Shown: piece after piece, positions 11,026 to 20,860 of the stretch
Numbering within the stretch: the stretch's first letter is position 1
How the letters are laid out: each line of letters begins with the position of its first letter
Source: Candidatus Thorarchaeota archaeon
GTDB taxonomy: Archaea; Asgardarchaeota; Thorarchaeia; Thorarchaeales; Thorarchaeaceae
Direction of reading: 5' to 3'
Length of the DNA stretch: 64,000 nt
Assembly (NCBI GenBank): GCA_048884965.1
Contig: JBHLQH010000002.1
Coordinates: 1 to 64,000 of the forward strand
Notes under the pieces: model-generated
Told to the model about the DNA's origin: nothing
Databases searched by the model: none
What the model saw: only the letters and a program-made list of their open reading frames with translations
Made by a program: the position numbers and the translations under genes

Positions 11026-12105
11026 ATGTTTTCATTAGGAGAGGCAAGACTGCTCAGAGGAAAAGCAAAGAAAATCGAACAGGAGATCGTCAGACTCTAT
11101 AGAACGATTGGAAAGATGGATGGTCTGAACTCAAAGCAAACAGAAGTCTTCGCCCACCTTAAAATCTATGATGAACTAAGTCAAGAGCAATTGAAGCAAC
11201 TAACGGGATTTTCTCTAAGTACTATCTCAGTAATTCTGCAATCATTCTTGCAAATGGATATCATTACTCGTAGGATGATTCCTGGAACTCATAAGAATGT
11301 GTACAAGATGAAGCCAGAACTAGTAAGGATTACTTACAGACCTCCCACTCAAATTATTGAGAAACTCGAGAAGCTAGATTTGCTCCTTATTTCGAAACAA
11401 GAAGAGTTACGAGAATCCGAGGATAAATATCCTATAGCTACGAAATTCCTACATAGACGACTGAATAGTCTTCGAAATTACGTCGAGGCACAACGTAGGT
11501 CCATCTATAGAAAGAAGAGATTCCCGTATTTTGAGGAAAACACATCCGAAATCATCCCTTTGGACGAAGTTGTAGTCTTCCCATTTGAAACAAAGGAACT
11601 GGAAAGTAAAATTGTGGATATTTTGGGATATTACAAAAGTGATCCCATCGGCAATAGAATTCTGAGTTTCTTTATTACTCATAGAAGCTTAGATCAAGAC
11701 ACTTTGGTTGAAAAAACTGGCTTTTCTCGAAGTACTGTTTCGCGGTATCTACGTGAAGCATTGAAAGGAGATTACATCAATGTCATGCCAAGAGAGTATC
11801 GAAAACCGCGGGTCTATTATTTAGAGTCAATGTCAATGAGTATCCTTACAAGGGTACGAACGACTGATGGTTTCGCCTTTTCGCACATCCCAAGATTCCA
11901 GGAGATCCTCTCTATGCTCCAATCTACACAAGAGTCAGGCAATAGTGGAGGAGACACCGCAATACTAATTGCTGTGATCCAGAAAACAATCAAACAGCTT
12001 GAGGAATTCAAGAATGAAACAAGTTTCTTTCGACAAGCATATGGGGAACTTTTAGAATTCTTGGGGAAGACTGTTCATTCAAATAACCAGACACACTATG
12101 AGTAG
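11026..12105 (+). CDS. tandem GbsR/MarR-like winged-helix transcription regulator
   Basis: Two HTH copies: LSQEQLKQLTGFSLSTIS and LDQDTLVEKTGFSRSTVS, each followed by a wing and a coiled helix. Confidence 0.75.
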   Translation: MFSLGEARLLRGKAKKIEQEIVRLYRTIGKMDGLNSKQTEVFAHLKIYDELSQEQLKQLTGFSLSTISVILQSFLQMDIITRRMIPGTHKNVYKMKPELVRITYRPPTQIIEKLEKLDLLLISKQEELRESEDKYPIATKFLHRRLNSLRNYVEAQRRSIYRKKRFPYFEENTSEIIPLDEVVVFPFETKELESKIVDILGYYKSDPIGNRILSFFITHRSLDQDTLVEKTGFSRSTVSRYLREALKGDYINVMPREYRKPRVYYLESMSMSILTRVRTTDGFAFSHIPRFQEILSMLQSTQESGNSGGDTAILIAVIQKTIKQLEEFKNETSFFRQAYGELLEFLGKTVHSNNQTHYE

Positions 12106-12135
12106 AATTGAAGAGTATTGGTGTGCTCAAGCATT

Positions 12136-13167
12136 TTATTGCTCGATGATATGAACGGTATTCTCCCGCCCATCCTTGAATCGTCGAACCAATCCTCTCT
12201 CTTCAAGTGCTGTCAGAAGCAGGCTAACCTTTGACTGTGACATGTTCAGACTGCCATAGAGATCCTTTTGCGAACAAGAGCCACCTTTGTTGCGAATGAC
12301 ATCCAGCACCTCTTCTTCTTCCGAGGTTACTCCGACGAATCTCACACGACCTAGTCGTTGCAGACGTTCCACAATTCTTGGAAACATATAGCCGAGAGCT
12401 AAACCGAGAATTAGGCAACCCGCTCCTACAGCAAGCAGCTGTGCATCTGATATTCCCGTGAAGATTGTCGAGGATACTCGCATCTGGTATCGTACAATGA
12501 AGACCTTTTCCTGCCCCGGTTGGAGCTCTTGAGTGAACCAACTGAAGGCAAGAGATTGGCCGTTCGTAAAATTATAGAGAGCAGTAGGAAAAATTGGAGA
12601 AACGGATTCTTCAGAAAGAGTCGATTGGGAAGGAAGGAATGTTGTAAGGGTAAAGTTCCTGTAGGTTGATAGGGGACGGACATAGAAAATCGAGTCAATA
12701 TATCGAATATCACCAAGAAGGGAAGTTCCCACATCTGACTGAATATCATCAATCTTGACTTTTAGAAAGATATCTGCAGTACCATTCACAGGTAATGATT
12801 CATCAAATTGAACGAGTACCGTAGAGTATCGGTCCAACTTAATGATCTCAGCTTCGGCGGGACCCCCATTTACCACAGCATCCTTTAGGCTGATGTCGGT
12901 ACTCTCAATTCGAAAGGTGACTTCAGTGACCGGTGTTGCACCAATGTTGGTACAGGTCGCGGTAACGGTCAGACCTGCAGTGCCATTCAAATCCAAGTCA
13001 ATCCTGATGTCGATTGGATCTAAAATGATCTCTTGTATTTGTGCTGCGTCAGCAGGCATCGGGACTATCGACAATGGAACAAGGGCGAATATCGCCATAA
13101 GAAGAACAATCTTTCCTGCTTGCTCCAACTTCAACATCACTATCCAATCGCTCCTTTCGTTCCCCAC
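12136..13167 (-). CDS. membrane-anchored regulator: extracellular beta domain, TM helix, cytoplasmic wHTH (COG2512-like)
   Basis: N-terminal signal, beta-rich ectodomain, TM, then EEEVLDVI...GG.CSQKDL...SQSKVS.LL..LEERGLVRR.K.GREN.V. Confidence 0.8.
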   Translation of the reverse strand: MGNERSDWIVMLKLEQAGKIVLLMAIFALVPLSIVPMPADAAQIQEIILDPIDIRIDLDLNGTAGLTVTATCTNIGATPVTEVTFRIESTDISLKDAVVNGGPAEAEIIKLDRYSTVLVQFDESLPVNGTADIFLKVKIDDIQSDVGTSLLGDIRYIDSIFYVRPLSTYRNFTLTTFLPSQSTLSEESVSPIFPTALYNFTNGQSLAFSWFTQELQPGQEKVFIVRYQMRVSSTIFTGISDAQLLAVGAGCLILGLALGYMFPRIVERLQRLGRVRFVGVTSEEEEVLDVIRNKGGSCSQKDLYGSLNMSQSKVSLLLTALEERGLVRRFKDGRENTVHIIEQ

Positions 13168-13204
13168 TTGTTTTTCATAGAATCTTCCATTTAAAAAAGA
13201 GGTT

Positions 13205-13232
13205 GGTAGTGAGCAGCAAAGTACTCACTACC
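13205..13232 (-). terminator. hairpin plus U-tract between 13243..14421 and 12136..13167
   Basis: GGTAGTGAG/CTCACTACC inverted repeat followed on the - strand by CTCTTTTTT. Confidence 0.6.
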
Positions 13233-13242
13233 TTGGGAAGAA

Positions 13243-14421
13243 CTACCTCTTTCGGAGAAATGCAACTCCAATCGCCAGTATAGCTATGATACCAATTCCG
13301 AAGATGAGAATGTAGTCAGGTTCTACCACTCCTGCAGGAGGCGCAGATTCCTCATAAACTCCGATTGATGGATCATGTAAAACTGAGCCACCATCAAAAT
13401 GAGGATAGGATAGGTACACAGATAGACCGGCGCCAGTTACAACGTATGAAGCAGAAACGTCAACTGTTTCAACGATACCACCGGGCCAAGTAATTGTGGC
13501 AACATTGAGCCAGCTGAAGAAGCCTTCAAGTGAGCCAGATTCAGTATTTACAATATCGATTTTCTGGGTACATGTCTGATTCCTCTGCTCAAAACGGGTT
13601 TCATTCCCAGAAGGAGTGCTCCAATTCATATTAGAGTTCGCGGTGGCATTCCTCGTCATTTCTCTCGTCTCGAACATATGTTGATACATATTGCCATCCA
13701 TATTCTCCCTCAAAAGAACCTCCAATGCGACGCTTGCTGTTTCGCTTGAGAATGGGAAGTTACCTATCTCAATATCCATCTTGAGTTCGCTAGAACCTTC
13801 AACAGTGTAAGTAGCGCTAACCCCTGAGCTATTGGAAACACTGCCATCATAATCCTCGAGATATATGTGTGCCCAAATCTGTAGGGTGACATCCTCATAC
13901 TCACTAATTGCACCTTGACCAGGATAGTTATGGGGCATACCCATTCCATCCATCATACCTCCAATGTTCGAACCACCCTTTGTGTACTTCAACCAAATCT
14001 CAGATATGGCTCCTTCTGAATCTGTTTCAGAACCGGTCTGAACACTCCATTCATAGGCAGCAAGAGGGGCGAAATTCAGGATCTCACTTGTCTGGTAGGC
14101 ACCATCATCATTTGCATCTTCAAACTCAATGATAGAAATGTATTGAGCGAGGAATTTGGCATAAGAGCCATTCTCGTCATTCGCAAACCAGAAATGGAAG
14201 GAGGGAAATGAATCACTCGCCATTATTGTTATAATATCAGTGTTAATCCAAATTGACCCTTGCTCATCTCTATTTGGAGGAGTCATATGACCAGACCCTG
14301 GTCCGGGACCCGAGCCCTGTCCCTGTGCGCTCACTCCAATGATGAGTGGTTGGGCAATGAATAAAGATAGAATGAAGCCAAATGTAATCAATTGTGCGTG
14401 CTTCAAAGATTTTTCACCCAC
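13243..14421 (-). CDS. secreted, C-terminally anchored beta-sandwich glycoprotein of unknown function
   Basis: Signal peptide; EF-hand-like D.NDDG; ELKMDIEIGNFPF; HDPSIGV before a TM helix and RKR; several N-x-S/T sequons. Confidence 0.7.
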   Translation of the reverse strand: MGEKSLKHAQLITFGFILSLFIAQPLIIGVSAQGQGSGPGPGSGHMTPPNRDEQGSIWINTDIITIMASDSFPSFHFWFANDENGSYAKFLAQYISIIEFEDANDDGAYQTSEILNFAPLAAYEWSVQTGSETDSEGAISEIWLKYTKGGSNIGGMMDGMGMPHNYPGQGAISEYEDVTLQIWAHIYLEDYDGSVSNSSGVSATYTVEGSSELKMDIEIGNFPFSSETASVALEVLLRENMDGNMYQHMFETREMTRNATANSNMNWSTPSGNETRFEQRNQTCTQKIDIVNTESGSLEGFFSWLNVATITWPGGIVETVDVSASYVVTGAGLSVYLSYPHFDGGSVLHDPSIGVYEESAPPAGVVEPDYILIFGIGIIAILAIGVAFLRKR

Positions 14422-14613
14422 CTTTTCCCTGCTTTTTCCATATATAATGACTCTTTAATAGGAAGTGCCTGACCACTTATCAGCGAAGATATGATGGCTT
14501 TGATGACTGGAAAAGCCTTTATGATTCCTTTAAAATGTCAAATAACTCCATCTCTTAAATTGATTCATTTATTAGCACTCAGGTTAAGCTCCATATGGAG
14601 ATAGGAACACCTC

Positions 14614-14886
14614 ATGTCAGTATCAAAAGAAGACTATACCGAGTATGACTGGTTTGGTGAGGCGCGGGTTCGTGAAACAGCTGGGAATCTAGAAGGAGCA
14701 TTAGAAGCATTCGAGGAATCCCTTAAACTGAACCCGAAATTTGCAAAGGCGTGGTACTATAAAGCAGAATTGCATTACCATATGAAACAGATCAAAGAAG
14801 CTCAAGAATGTGCCAGAAAGGCAATCGAGCTCAAGCCTTCATGGAAGAAGCACTTTGAGAAGAATATGCCCGAGCTCAAGTTTTAG
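14614..14886 (+). CDS. small TPR protein
   Basis: GNLEGALEAFEESLKLNPKFAKAWYYKA; paralog of 5320..5613. Confidence 0.8.
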   Translation: MSVSKEDYTEYDWFGEARVRETAGNLEGALEAFEESLKLNPKFAKAWYYKAELHYHMKQIKEAQECARKAIELKPSWKKHFEKNMPELKF

Positions 14887-14897
14887 AAGAGATGTAA

Positions 14898-15374
14898 TTA
14901 CTTCAGCGCTTCAGATGAATCAGGAAATAGTAGAACATAGACAGCTTGGTTAAGGGTAAGGATTTTCTTCTCTACCCATTCCATCACCATTTCTACATTC
15001 GCCTTAGATGAAATCTGTGTAAGTGCCTCTAGTGCAGATGGCTTGCATTCTTCAATTGTTAGAAGTTCCTCAATTGTACGCACCATGATCATCTGACGTG
15101 CGTCCAGACTCGTTTCTGTTAGCCAATAGAGTATGTTTTCTTTGGCTTCGTCAGACGCCCCACTGTCAGACGCTACTGTATCAAGGGTGCCGGAAATCTT
15201 AGAAACTGCATCACGATCCTGCAGTTCCTTTAGTTCATTCTGAATGAGTGTAACGATAGCAGCTGTATTCTCAGGACAGGACCTCAACATATCTACTAGG
15301 TCAGATCGAGCTTTCATAGGCCCATTGAAACCTTCCTCGCCACCCATGGTCATCTCTCCGTTGATTCTCTTCAA
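14898..15374 (-). CDS. hypothetical alpha-helical protein
   Basis: Uninterrupted 158-aa ORF, same strand as the upstream HAD and CoA-transferase genes; start uncertain (15374, 15353 or 15347). Confidence 0.6.
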   Translation of the reverse strand: MKRINGEMTMGGEEGFNGPMKARSDLVDMLRSCPENTAAIVTLIQNELKELQDRDAVSKISGTLDTVASDSGASDEAKENILYWLTETSLDARQMIMVRTIEELLTIEECKPSALEALTQISSKANVEMVMEWVEKKILTLNQAVYVLLFPDSSEALK

Positions 15375-15432
15375 CCTCCTTTTTATGTAGATGGCTAATA
15401 ATACTTGTTCGCAGGTAGTGAAAAGAACCTCT

Positions 15433-16176
15433 TCATAAATACTCCTTTAGTTCAACAACTGCCCCAATTTCAAGGATAGGACGAGTTACATCCCCATATT
15501 TCTGAATCATCTCATCAAGATTTACTCTTCGGGAGTTGACCCAAACTGCGTCCATCCCCAAAGATGTCGCTCCAACGATATCTGCATAATACTCATCGCC
15601 TATGAAGAGGGTCTGTGCAACGTCGACCTTCAGACAATCGAGCATTCTCAGAAAGGGTTCCTTCATTGGCTTGAATGCTTTGACATCACCACCATCAACA
15701 AAACAAGTGAAGTAGTGAAGTAAGTTTAGTTTTGAAAGAATGAGTTGTAGATGTTTTTCAAAACTATTCGTGATAACACCCAGTTTTAGGTTTAGAGCCT
15801 TCAATTGAATTAGAAATTCTTCGATTCCAGGATACACAGTGGAGGTTTCTACGTGAAGCCATCTGAATAGCTTTGTGCCTTCTTCCAGGGTTTCTGGAGA
15901 CACTTCCAAGCCCACCTCTGATAGACTCTCCATCATCGCTCGTTTAACGACTTCATATGGAGGTCGATATGGTGCACCTTCTACAATCTCACGAATACCA
16001 TTTCGATAGTTATCGATCAGATGGTTCAAGTAGTCCTCAGCTATAGACTCTACATCATCCGTGCACTGCTCCAACAACCACATAGATGCCCTGAGTGGAT
16101 ATCTATGTGTGTTCGTTAGAGTCGAGTCAAGATCAAAGATCACGGCTCGATACTTGCTGAACGTGAACCCGGTCAC
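15433..16176 (-). CDS. HAD-superfamily hydrolase
   Basis: FDLDSTL, GVITN, KP, IGDEYYADIVGA...GM. Confidence 0.9.
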   Translation of the reverse strand: MTGFTFSKYRAVIFDLDSTLTNTHRYPLRASMWLLEQCTDDVESIAEDYLNHLIDNYRNGIREIVEGAPYRPPYEVVKRAMMESLSEVGLEVSPETLEEGTKLFRWLHVETSTVYPGIEEFLIQLKALNLKLGVITNSFEKHLQLILSKLNLLHYFTCFVDGGDVKAFKPMKEPFLRMLDCLKVDVAQTLFIGDEYYADIVGATSLGMDAVWVNSRRVNLDEMIQKYGDVTRPILEIGAVVELKEYL

Positions 16177-16184
16177 GACTGAGG

Positions 16185-16955
16185 TTACCCACCTTTTCCT
16201 AGGTAGATGCCTTTTGGATCGAGTTTGTGCATGATGTCAAGTTGTTCCTGTGTTGGCGCTTCTGTAATTGGAACGCTTTTGGGTACAATCAAATCAAACA
16301 TCACATTCTCAACAACGTCATCGACAGTGTATCCCGGATGTACAGACATCAACCGAATCTTACATGTATCAGGATCGAAGTCGAATTGGCACATATCAGT
16401 GATAACCACTTCAGGACCTCCACCAACCAATGCCCATTTCTCACGAGAGCCAGGGCCCTCAAGATAGCCTGGGCTCGTCATGTAGTCAAGCTTCTTGACG
16501 AACTTTCGTTTATCGTGGGACATCATGATGATCAATCGCTTTGCAGAAGAGGCAATGTCGTTACCTCCACCACTACCGGGTAACTTCACTTTTGGAGTAT
16601 CGTATGGTCCGATGTAGCTCGTGTTGAGATTTCCATATTCATCAATCTGAGCTGCTCCAAGGAACCCAACATCTATCCTTCCGCCTTGAAGTAAGAATCC
16701 TAGGGTCTCTATGAGCCCAATAGCTGCAGAACATCCATAGTAATATCGAGTGTCTGCAACCGAAAGCGGAACCTCACGTGGTTTTGCATCAATAAAGCCA
16801 GCTTCTGAGATCAGGTTCGAGTGAGGTGCATGCGTTTCCTTGGCCATAAGCGCTGCCAGCAGGGGCATCCCAGTGCCACCAAAAACATTCTCGCCGTCCC
16901 TTACATGACGAGATGCGCATGCTATTAGGAATTCAGTCTTTGTATACTCTACCAT
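16185..16955 (-). CDS. gctB: family I CoA-transferase beta subunit (glutaconate CoA-transferase-like)
   Basis: GTGMP, ISEAG (catalytic Glu), GFLGAAQID.YGNLN, LPGSGGGND, SVHPG. Start set at ATG 16955, just after the alpha-subunit stop. Confidence 0.85.
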   Translation of the reverse strand: MVEYTKTEFLIACASRHVRDGENVFGGTGMPLLAALMAKETHAPHSNLISEAGFIDAKPREVPLSVADTRYYYGCSAAIGLIETLGFLLQGGRIDVGFLGAAQIDEYGNLNTSYIGPYDTPKVKLPGSGGGNDIASSAKRLIIMMSHDKRKFVKKLDYMTSPGYLEGPGSREKWALVGGGPEVVITDMCQFDFDPDTCKIRLMSVHPGYTVDDVVENVMFDLIVPKSVPITEAPTQEQLDIMHKLDPKGIYLGKGG

Positions 16956-16957
16956 TA

Positions 16958-17893
16958 TCAATACCCCCATGGTTCCTTTGCTTTAATGGCCTTCAAACGT
17001 TCATCACCTATAAGTTTCAAATACCCTTCATGCGATTCTACGCTTAGGATGAAGTCTTCCATATACTTCTGCCAACCTTCCTCATCCTTGGTTGCATCAT
17101 GAAACATCATTAGATGTTCAAGGTCGTAGTCGTAGTAGTTCTGGCACATCATCGGATGGGCAGCGTACGGAAGTTCAACAATATGATCAACATACATCGC
17201 AGGTATCTTCGTTTGGTCTGGATGAGTCCGAACCTCATTCTCGTCAATGATCTCCTCAGCGAGTACGATGAGCTTCTTGCCACAACGAGACCCCTCGATG
17301 TCCTCACCTACGATTCCGTCAATCTGTGCGTTACCCATCTTATCAACACGTTGAACATGAACGATACTGAAATCAGGTTTCACTGAAGGCACTAAGCAGA
17401 TCTTATCTCCTGTGAAGGGACAATCCATGACCTTTAGCTTGTTGTCAATACCCCGATACCGACTGAGTTTCGCCATGTCGGTTCCCATCATACTCCTCAA
17501 AGGCATGAATGGGACATTCAAGGATCCTCCTAAGAAACGCAATGCCATGGCAAGGTTGGTATAGTCCTCTACCTGAAGCTTGCCTTCGCTAACACGTCGC
17601 CGTATGTTATTCGATAGTCCCAATGCTTCAATGGCGGAAAATGCAATCTCATACCTGGAAGCGACTCCAGCCCCTGCCATTATCTCAAGATCAACTTCAG
17701 AACCGCACGTATAGACCGTAAGGTTCCTCTTTCGTTGTCGAACAAGTTCGTGAGATAGTGCAATTGGGGCTCTCTGATATCCAAAGCCGCCCCAGAAGAG
17801 GCCTGAACCGTCAGGTATCTTCTTCACCGCTTCAGCAAGTGTAATCCGTTTATCCTCTATTTCGGGTTCAACCAAATTGCTCACCCAAGTCAT
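16958..17893 (-). CDS. gctA: family I CoA-transferase alpha subunit (glutaconate CoA-transferase-like)
   Basis: GGFG..RAP, CPFTG, HVQRVD..GNAQI, AEEI, P.AAHP....YYDYD. True start probably ATG 17893; the longer ORF overlaps the upstream gene. Confidence 0.85.
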   Translation of the reverse strand: MTWVSNLVEPEIEDKRITLAEAVKKIPDGSGLFWGGFGYQRAPIALSHELVRQRKRNLTVYTCGSEVDLEIMAGAGVASRYEIAFSAIEALGLSNNIRRRVSEGKLQVEDYTNLAMALRFLGGSLNVPFMPLRSMMGTDMAKLSRYRGIDNKLKVMDCPFTGDKICLVPSVKPDFSIVHVQRVDKMGNAQIDGIVGEDIEGSRCGKKLIVLAEEIIDENEVRTHPDQTKIPAMYVDHIVELPYAAHPMMCQNYYDYDLEHLMMFHDATKDEEGWQKYMEDFILSVESHEGYLKLIGDERLKAIKAKEPWGY

Positions 17894-17955
17894 GTCTAAG
17901 ACAGGGTTTGCAATTCCTATATGCCTTTTATCTTTGCCCTTGTTTAGAAGCCATT

Positions 17956-18357
17956 TTAGGGAAAGATGAAGGGACTGAGTAGAATACCGAACAATGAGAG
18001 ATAGAGTAGAATCATTATGACGAAGAGACCAGCAGTGATTAGACATGCTCGTGCGCACTCACTGACTGGATCAAACGGTTTGCTGGATACTTTCCGAGGA
18101 TGCCAGGGATCAGGTGCTGCTCGACCCTCTGCGAAGATCGGATCCTTGTATGGGCGGGAAGCAGTTTGCGGCCTGTCAGAGTAGATCGCTTGAGTATCAG
18201 ATGGGGGTTTCTTGGTGGTTAGGGTGCCAAATCCAGGCACCAGTTCAAAGGAACGACCACAGTAGGGACAGGGAATAGTTATGGTCTCGTTGTAATTGAA
18301 CCCTCCCTGCCTATAGACCTTAGCTGAACAATAAGGGCATTCGATTAGTTCACTCAT
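17956..18357 (-). CDS. Zn-ribbon protein with C-terminal TM anchor
   Basis: CPYC...CPYC, low-complexity linker, terminal hydrophobic helix; paralog of 21905..22231. Confidence 0.7.
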   Translation of the reverse strand: MSELIECPYCSAKVYRQGGFNYNETITIPCPYCGRSFELVPGFGTLTTKKPPSDTQAIYSDRPQTASRPYKDPIFAEGRAAPDPWHPRKVSSKPFDPVSECARACLITAGLFVIMILLYLSLFGILLSPFIFP

Positions 18358-18472
18358 TGATAATCCCCTTGGCGGTGGGTATTGCACCCTATACTTGGTT
18401 TGAAAGAATATAATCTCTACTACATGTAGGGACTGAACAATTAAAGAGGAGGAATGTTCTAAGGTGAGGATT

Positions 18473-19102
18473 ATGTCCGAGAATCGTAATCAAGATGCAC
18501 TGACAAAAAGTGGTCTTTTGGGTGTATTTGGACCATTCATAGCACTGGTGGGAATCATCATAGCTATTGCTCTATCCCCTTGGTTCACGTGGGATGGGAA
18601 TGCCCTTAGCGACCTAGGAAGATACGCCACCGCGATACCCGCCGCAGTTGTATTCAACACAGGATTGGTAACTACCGGAGTGATCATGCTCTACTTCCTT
18701 TTCTGGTTCATTAGAAGATTCGGGGATAGGATCACAAAGTTTGGAATGATTCCACTCGGGGTAGCATTAGTATTTCTGATTCTCATTGGAATCCTATCAG
18801 AGGACTTCGGATACTCTCATTTTGTGGTATCTGTTGGCTTCTTTGCTTGCTTCCCATTCACAATGTGGGTCGTCGGATTTGGCTTCTTGAGATATTCGAA
18901 TCTTAGATGGTTCTCTTTGGTTTCAATTGTACTACCGTTCTTCTGTCTCTTCATGTGGGTCGGATGGTATGGAGACCTCTTTCCCTTCTGGACAGGTAAT
19001 GCCATACCCGAGATCACAACTGCGCTTTCAGCGATTGGGTGGATGTGGATTATGTGGTTGCTTTACTACTCCAAGAAGCTTGATCATCTTCTGGCAAAGT
19101 AA
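18473..19102 (+). CDS. DUF998-family membrane protein
   Basis: SPWFTWDGNALSDLG, FNTGL, G..SED...H; 6-7 TM helices. Confidence 0.85.
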   Translation: MSENRNQDALTKSGLLGVFGPFIALVGIIIAIALSPWFTWDGNALSDLGRYATAIPAAVVFNTGLVTTGVIMLYFLFWFIRRFGDRITKFGMIPLGVALVFLILIGILSEDFGYSHFVVSVGFFACFPFTMWVVGFGFLRYSNLRWFSLVSIVLPFFCLFMWVGWYGDLFPFWTGNAIPEITTALSAIGWMWIMWLLYYSKKLDHLLAK

Positions 19103-19113
19103 TAGAGGCGAAT

Positions 19114-19743
19114 TTGACATTGATACGCAATTTCCGAAAAGGGACATGGGCAGGGTTCCTAGGTCCCTTGATCGGGCTTTCCTTTGTTCTATTAGCTATT
19201 GTCTTTGCTCCTGATTTCAGCTGGGAGAGTGATGCTCTTAGCCATCTTGGACATTGGTTCAGAACCGATATTGGCCCAAATCCCTTCGTTAGGGCGTTAA
19301 TCTTTAACTCAGGATTGGTAGTTGGAGGGATTCTGATTATCTACTTCACGATAGACCTGATAAGACAGATGAAGGATGTCATCATCAAGCTTGCACTTCT
19401 CTCAATAATCGTAAATGCGCTGTTTCTCGCAGCAGTGGGGGTCTTTTCCGAGAACATATCGGGCGGTCACATAATTGCAGCTCTTGGATTCTTTCTTTCA
19501 ATTCCTGTATCATTGATACTCGTGGGGATTGGATTCCTTCAAAACAGGAATAGCAGAAAGGTTGGAATTGTACTCGTAGGTCTGGGCATTCTCTCGATCA
19601 TCCTATTTAGACCATGGGCATCGATTGCAGTATGGGAGTACTCTATGGCTCTAGTTTCAACGATCGCTGTGGTTTTCATAGATGGGATGGATATCCTTGG
19701 GCACCTCGAGCCAGTAAAGAGGCAGTTTGAGCGTAGTATCTAA
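19114..19743 (+). CDS. DUF998-family membrane protein (tandem paralog)
   Basis: FSWESDALSHLG, FNSGL, VGVFSE...H. Confidence 0.8.
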   Translation: MTLIRNFRKGTWAGFLGPLIGLSFVLLAIVFAPDFSWESDALSHLGHWFRTDIGPNPFVRALIFNSGLVVGGILIIYFTIDLIRQMKDVIIKLALLSIIVNALFLAAVGVFSENISGGHIIAALGFFLSIPVSLILVGIGFLQNRNSRKVGIVLVGLGILSIILFRPWASIAVWEYSMALVSTIAVVFIDGMDILGHLEPVKRQFERSI

Positions 19744-19865
19744 ACCAAGGATATGATAGACTCAAGAGATAGGTATCCTGATTTTCCTATCCTCAGAGAG
19801 TATCTTTAGTGGCAAATATTGCAGAGAACCCTATTAATGCACAGGAAAGCAATGACACGAAAACA

Positions 19866-20846
19866 ATGAGATTCTATAATGATGTTAGTGAAATGATCGG
19901 AAGGACACCACTCGTGAGAATAAATCGGCTGAATCCACATCAGGAGATTCTGCTTTTAGCTAAGATTGAAGGTGTCAATCCGGGTGGTAGTGTAAAAGAC
20001 AGGATTGCCAAGTATATGATTGGAGATGCCATTGAGCGCGGTCTGCTGACAAAGGATGGAATCCTCATAGAAGCGACAAGTGGGAATACAGGAATAGGCT
20101 TGGCAATGATGTGTGCGATAAAGGGGTACAGATGTGAACTTGTTATGCCTGCAAACATGTCACTTGAGCGAAGAAACGTAATGGAAGCCTATGGAGCTAC
20201 AGTAATACTGACGCCATCTGAACTAGGTATGGACGGAGCCCAAGATTATGTGATCAGAAAGCTGGAGGAAGAACCAGAGAAATACTTCTCGCCAAATCAA
20301 TTTGATAATCCTGTCAATTGGAGAGCACACTATGAAACAACAGCGAGAGAGATACTGGAAGACACTGATGGAAGCATTACCCATTTTGTTGCAGGATTAG
20401 GAACATCAGGCACTTTAATGGGTGTGGGAAAAGGTTTGAAAAAGCTGGTCCCAGCTGTTCGTATAGTGTCAGTAGAGCCTGAATCAGGTTCTATTATTCA
20501 GGGGCTGAAGGATTTGAAAACGCAGTATGTCCCAGGAATATTCGATGTAACAGTCCTCGACCAAAGAATGCACATAGACGATTCGTCTGCGAATGATACC
20601 ACTAGGAAACTAGCATTGGAAGAAGGATTGTTTATGGGGCAGAGTTCAGGGGCTGCTATGTGCGGTGCTTTGGAGGTCGTGAAAGATCTCCATCAGCAAA
20701 ACGAAAAGGATGCTGTTGTTGTTGTCCTTCTGGCAGATTCGGGATACAAGTACATTAGCAAATCTACTATTTCAATCAAGGAACAACCTACAGTGCTCTC
20801 AGGTTCTATAAAAGAAGAGAGAGCCACATGTACCCAGACTTCGTGA
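19866..20846 (+). CDS. cysM: PLP-dependent cysteine synthase family protein (CysM/CysK)
   Basis: IGRTPLV, NPGGSVKDR, EATSGNTG, NQFDNP.N, GLGTSGT, SSGA, DSG.KY. Start moved to ATG 19866. Confidence 0.88.
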   Translation: MRFYNDVSEMIGRTPLVRINRLNPHQEILLLAKIEGVNPGGSVKDRIAKYMIGDAIERGLLTKDGILIEATSGNTGIGLAMMCAIKGYRCELVMPANMSLERRNVMEAYGATVILTPSELGMDGAQDYVIRKLEEEPEKYFSPNQFDNPVNWRAHYETTAREILEDTDGSITHFVAGLGTSGTLMGVGKGLKKLVPAVRIVSVEPESGSIIQGLKDLKTQYVPGIFDVTVLDQRMHIDDSSANDTTRKLALEEGLFMGQSSGAAMCGALEVVKDLHQQNEKDAVVVVLLADSGYKYISKSTISIKEQPTVLSGSIKEERATCTQTS

Positions 20847-20860
20847 TGGTGAGAAATTCC

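Noticed and set aside
17894-18058. N-terminal extension of the CoA-transferase alpha ORF
   Set aside because: Overlaps the Zn-ribbon gene and has no family-like sequence; the real start is probably 17893.
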